Assembly (NCBI GenBank): GCA_050486505.1
Contig: JBJHDK010000016.1
Coordinates: forward strand, 1-38,899
DNA: 38,899 bases
Direction of reading: 5' to 3'
Origin: Fibrobacteria bacterium
GTDB taxonomy: Bacteria > Fibrobacterota > Fibrobacteria > UBA11236
Shown here: positions 35,836 to 38,899 of the stretch, one piece after another
How positions within the stretch are numbered: the first letter of the stretch is position 1
How the letters are laid out: each line of letters begins with the position of its first letter
Notes under the pieces: generated by a model
What the model was told of the DNA's origin: nothing
Databases searched by the model: none
The model's input: the letters and a program-made list of their open reading frames with translations, nothing else
Position numbers and translations under genes: made by a program

Positions 35836-37737
35836 CCGTAGTCCCACATACCTCGTCATCCTTTTCTCCACCGCCTCGCGGACGGCGGCGTCTGTCCCGA
35901 ATACGCGCACGGCCTTGCGTGCCCTGGTGACGGCGGTGTAGAGCGTTTCGCGCGTGAGCAGGCGATTGTCGGCATCCGGAAGCAGCACGAGGACTTCGTC
36001 GCACTCCGAGCCCTGGCTTTTGTGCACCGTGGTGGCGAACCCCGGCTCCCATGCGGGCAGCAGCGCGACGGGAATGCGCAGCCAGCCCTCCGGCAAATCA
36101 GGGCGGGGGAAGAACGCCGCCGTGCCGTCGGCGGCTTCCAGCCAGAGCCCGAGGTCGCCGTTCGAGAGTCCCGTGCGCGAGTCGTTCCGCACGATCAGGA
36201 CCGGCGCGCCGTGGAACCCTCCCTCCGCCGTGCCTCCTGCCGGAAAGTCTCCGTGCCTCCTCCACTCCGGCTCGAGCACCTCCCGCAGGACGCGGTTCGC
36301 GCGCTCCACGCTCACGGGGCCCCGCCGCAGCGGTGCGAGAATGCGGGCGCGCCCCGCTTGCAGCCACAGGGAGTCGAGGGCCTTCGGTTCGTCGTTGCGC
36401 GACAATGTCCTGAAGCGCCGCAGTTGTTCCGCGTAGCCAGATCCGCCGGCTTCGGCGTCGCCGAACACGGCGCGCGCGTAGGCGGTCAAGACGCCTTTCA
36501 GGCCTCCGTCCGCTTCGCCTTCGGGAGCGCTCCGCGCGACGGGGTTCGAGGTCCCGAAGAGTGTGGCGGCATCGACCGGGGCGCCGAGCAGGTCGAGCAC
36601 GGCATCGCCGTCCCCGCGCCGCACCGCCGCCGCCAGCGGGATGACATCCCCGCGCGCGCGGTGGCTGACGTCAAGCGTGACCGCGGGGACGAGGCCGCGC
36701 CCGGCTCCATCCCGCCCCTCCGGAAGCAGCGCGCCGAGAATCGAACCGGCCTCCACGGCGGGAAGCTGGTCCGGATCCCCCGCAAGAACGAGTCGTGCTC
36801 CCGGTGCGAGCGCGCGGACCAGCGCCGCCAGCAGGAAGACGTCCGCCATCGAGGCTTCATCGAGCAACACCCAGTCGGCGTCCAACGGATCGTCCGCGTC
36901 GCGCGCGAAGCGCCCTTCGAAGGCGCGCCAGCCCAGCAGCCTGTGCAACGTGGTCACGGGCATGCCGAGGGCGGCGGCATCGCGCGGATCATCCCCGGTG
37001 CCCGCGATGGTCGCGCGCAGGGATTCCTCGAGTCGCCGTGCCGCGCGGCCCGTGGGCGCGCACAGGCGGATGCGGTCGGGCGAAACGCCGGGGAGTCTCA
37101 GGACCGCGCGCAGCCATGCCGCCGTCCAGGTGGTCTTGCCCGTGCCCGGCCCCCCGGACAGCACGAAGACGCGGGAGCGCAACGAGGTCTCCAGCGCCTC
37201 GCGCTGCTTCGGCGCGAGAACGAGCGGGGATCCGTCCCCGGCGCGCAGGGGCCTCTCCTTCAGCGTCTCGCGAAGGATGTCCGCGAGGCGCGCACCCGCG
37301 GGCGCGTCCGGCGGGTCTCCGCCGTGCCGCAGCAGCGCTTGCGCCACGGTGTTCTCCGCGTACCAATATCGGTGCAGGTAGAGCATGCCGTGCGCGCGCA
37401 GAAGGGGCCGGGGATTTCCGGGCGTTCCCAGCACGGCATCGCAGCGTCCGGCATGGGCCGATGCGAGAAAGCGCCTGACGGCCTGACCCGCCCCGTCCAC
37501 GGGGAGACCCGCTGCGGAGCAAAGATCGCGCAGCGCACCCCCCATGCCGTCTTCCTCCATCGGCAGGCAGAGACTGCCTTCGGTGCAGGCACGGCACAAG
37601 GCCGCGGCGACGGATGCGAGGGCGTCCGCGTCCTCGCCGGCGGCGTGATCGCGCAGCCATGCGACAAGGCGCAGATCGGCGGCATCCAGCACCTCGTTGC
37701 GCCGCAGGGCTTCGGAAAATTCCGGGAACGGGATCAT
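35821..37737 (-). CDS. recD: Exodeoxyribonuclease V alpha subunit
   Basis: LYLHRYW..E, SGGPGTGKT, APTGRAA, TLHRLLG, DEASM, GDPDQL..VEAG, TVHKSQGSE, LYTAVTRAR; ATGA overlap with recB. Confidence 0.95.
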   Translation of the reverse strand: MIPFPEFSEALRRNEVLDAADLRLVAWLRDHAAGEDADALASVAAALCRACTEGSLCLPMEEDGMGGALRDLCSAAGLPVDGAGQAVRRFLASAHAGRCDAVLGTPGNPRPLLRAHGMLYLHRYWYAENTVAQALLRHGGDPPDAPAGARLADILRETLKERPLRAGDGSPLVLAPKQREALETSLRSRVFVLSGGPGTGKTTWTAAWLRAVLRLPGVSPDRIRLCAPTGRAARRLEESLRATIAGTGDDPRDAAALGMPVTTLHRLLGWRAFEGRFARDADDPLDADWVLLDEASMADVFLLAALVRALAPGARLVLAGDPDQLPAVEAGSILGALLPEGRDGAGRGLVPAVTLDVSHRARGDVIPLAAAVRRGDGDAVLDLLGAPVDAATLFGTSNPVARSAPEGEADGGLKGVLTAYARAVFGDAEAGGSGYAEQLRRFRTLSRNDEPKALDSLWLQAGRARILAPLRRGPVSVERANRVLREVLEPEWRRHGDFPAGGTAEGGFHGAPVLIVRNDSRTGLSNGDLGLWLEAADGTAAFFPRPDLPEGWLRIPVALLPAWEPGFATTVHKSQGSECDEVLVLLPDADNRLLTRETLYTAVTRARKAVRVFGTDAAVREAVEKRMTRYVGLRRVMN

Positions 37738-38899
37738 GCGGAGTCCTTTCCCGCACGGGCGAGCAGGGCGGAGAGTTCGCGGGGGTACGCTTCGCGGAGA
37801 TCCTCCGCACGGGGACGCGTCGTGAACCCGCTGTAGCGCTCCGGGGATGCGCCGCGCAGGAAGACGTAGTGCACGCCGCCGAAGTGCGCCTCCGGGAGGT
37901 ACCCGGGCAGGCGCGCGGCAAGCCAGCGGTCGAGGGCGAGCGCGTACAGCTTCCATTGGATGTCGTAGCGGTGCTTCTCCATGCCGCGCTGCACCGATCC
38001 ATGGTCGTAGGCATCCAGCAGGTTCGATTTCCAGTCGAGCAGGTAGTAGCGGTGGTCATGGCGGAAGACCAGGTCGATGAAACCCCAGAGAAAGCTTCCG
38101 CGGCGCCGGATGCCCCCGGGAAGTTTTTCATGGTCATGCCCCGCGCCGAACGGGAAGAGGAATTCCACCTCGTGCAGCGCCTCGCCCGGCGCGAGATCGC
38201 AAAGCCGGAACGTTCCCGATTCCGGCGCGCCGCCAGGCAATGGCATGCGCAGGGTGTTCCACACCGCGCGCGCGGCGGCGTCCGCGCAGCCGGGGTCGAC
38301 GGATTCGCGGCGCAAGGCCGCTTCCACGCGCTCCCGGTTGCCCGGCAGCGCGAGCCATTCCCCGGGAGACTCCGTCGTTGCTGCGGAAGCGAACTCCGTG
38401 TGCTCGAGGATGGCGTGCAGCGCGGTTCCCGCCGCCGCGCCCGCAGGCAGCTCCTCCGCAGTGATGCCCGCACCGGTCGCCGCATCGGTGTTTTCATGGA
38501 TGCCCGGATCGGGCCAGGGTTCCTCGCGCACCATGCGGGTCCCGTCCTCTTCGAGCAGGGGTTCGGGGAGCGCCGCATGCGCCCCGGCGTCGCGTGCGAG
38601 CCCCGAGTACGAGGTCAGGCGCCGCGCGCGCGCGAAGGCCCCGCGGGTCGCCTCCAGCGCGTCTTCCCGCCGGTGCGGCTGCGGGGCATCGGGCAGGGAT
38701 TTTTCCGCCTCGCGCTGCAACGGGCGATCGTGCACGGGATCTTCGTCGAAGCGGAACAGTGCGGCAGTGTCCGGGGCGGTCGCCGCCGCGCGCAGGGCAT
38801 CCGCGGCGAATCCCCCGAGCGGCCCGTAGCGCCGGTTGCCCCCGGACGGCGGCAGGAGGGGGACGTGCCGTTCTTCGGCGGCCCTCGTGAAGGCGACGT
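37734..38899 (-). CDS. recB: Exodeoxyribonuclease V beta subunit, C-terminal part (truncated by window end)
   Basis: The frame is open to the window edge: VAFTRA (helicase motif VI), TSYSGL, GTALHAILE, EVEF, GFIDLVF..YYLLDWKSN, Q..LY.LAL. Confidence 0.93.
   Translation of the reverse strand, partial: VAFTRAAEERHVPLLPPSGGNRRYGPLGGFAADALRAAATAPDTAALFRFDEDPVHDRPLQREAEKSLPDAPQPHRREDALEATRGAFARARRLTSYSGLARDAGAHAALPEPLLEEDGTRMVREEPWPDPGIHENTDAATGAGITAEELPAGAAAGTALHAILEHTEFASAATTESPGEWLALPGNRERVEAALRRESVDPGCADAAARAVWNTLRMPLPGGAPESGTFRLCDLAPGEALHEVEFLFPFGAGHDHEKLPGGIRRRGSFLWGFIDLVFRHDHRYYLLDWKSNLLDAYDHGSVQRGMEKHRYDIQWKLYALALDRWLAARLPGYLPEAHFGGVHYVFLRGASPERYSGFTTRPRAEDLREAYPRELSALLARAGKDSA

Noticed and set aside
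35821..38899. recB-recD without recC, or a helicase-nuclease defence system
   Set aside because: The motifs are canonical RecB and RecD, and recC would lie upstream beyond the window edge.

Overview
High-GC bacterial chromosomal window, most likely Fibrobacterota. That assignment is an inference from a TIGR02147/DUF4423-type regulator, short RpoD-family sigma paralogs and a secreted protein with a T9SS-like C-terminal tail. The window holds about 36 genes, mostly housekeeping or metabolic: lpoB and recB (both partial), purA, hom, a cfa-like methyltransferase, a MazG-like protein, a surface-polysaccharide group, an Omp85 barrel, two sigma-70 factors, rsmA, mrp plus DUF971, sodA, a PuuD-like protein plus cytochrome c, a TIM-barrel/Gfo sugar operon, phhB, CASDH-nspC and recD. 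I found no rRNA, tRNA, CRISPR array or transposase. Two signals stand out. First, gene junctions carry a dispersed set of 100-155 bp foldback elements: a purine-rich tandem heptamer array, a hairpin core, then the inverted array. There are five complete and two partial copies using four different heptamers, and two copies 26 kb apart have similar cores. Second, a TIGR02147-type regulator sits with two orphan lipoproteins, and the two upstream regions share seven same-strand copies of YGTAAY-N5-T. All family assignments come from motif recognition by eye; no database searches were run.
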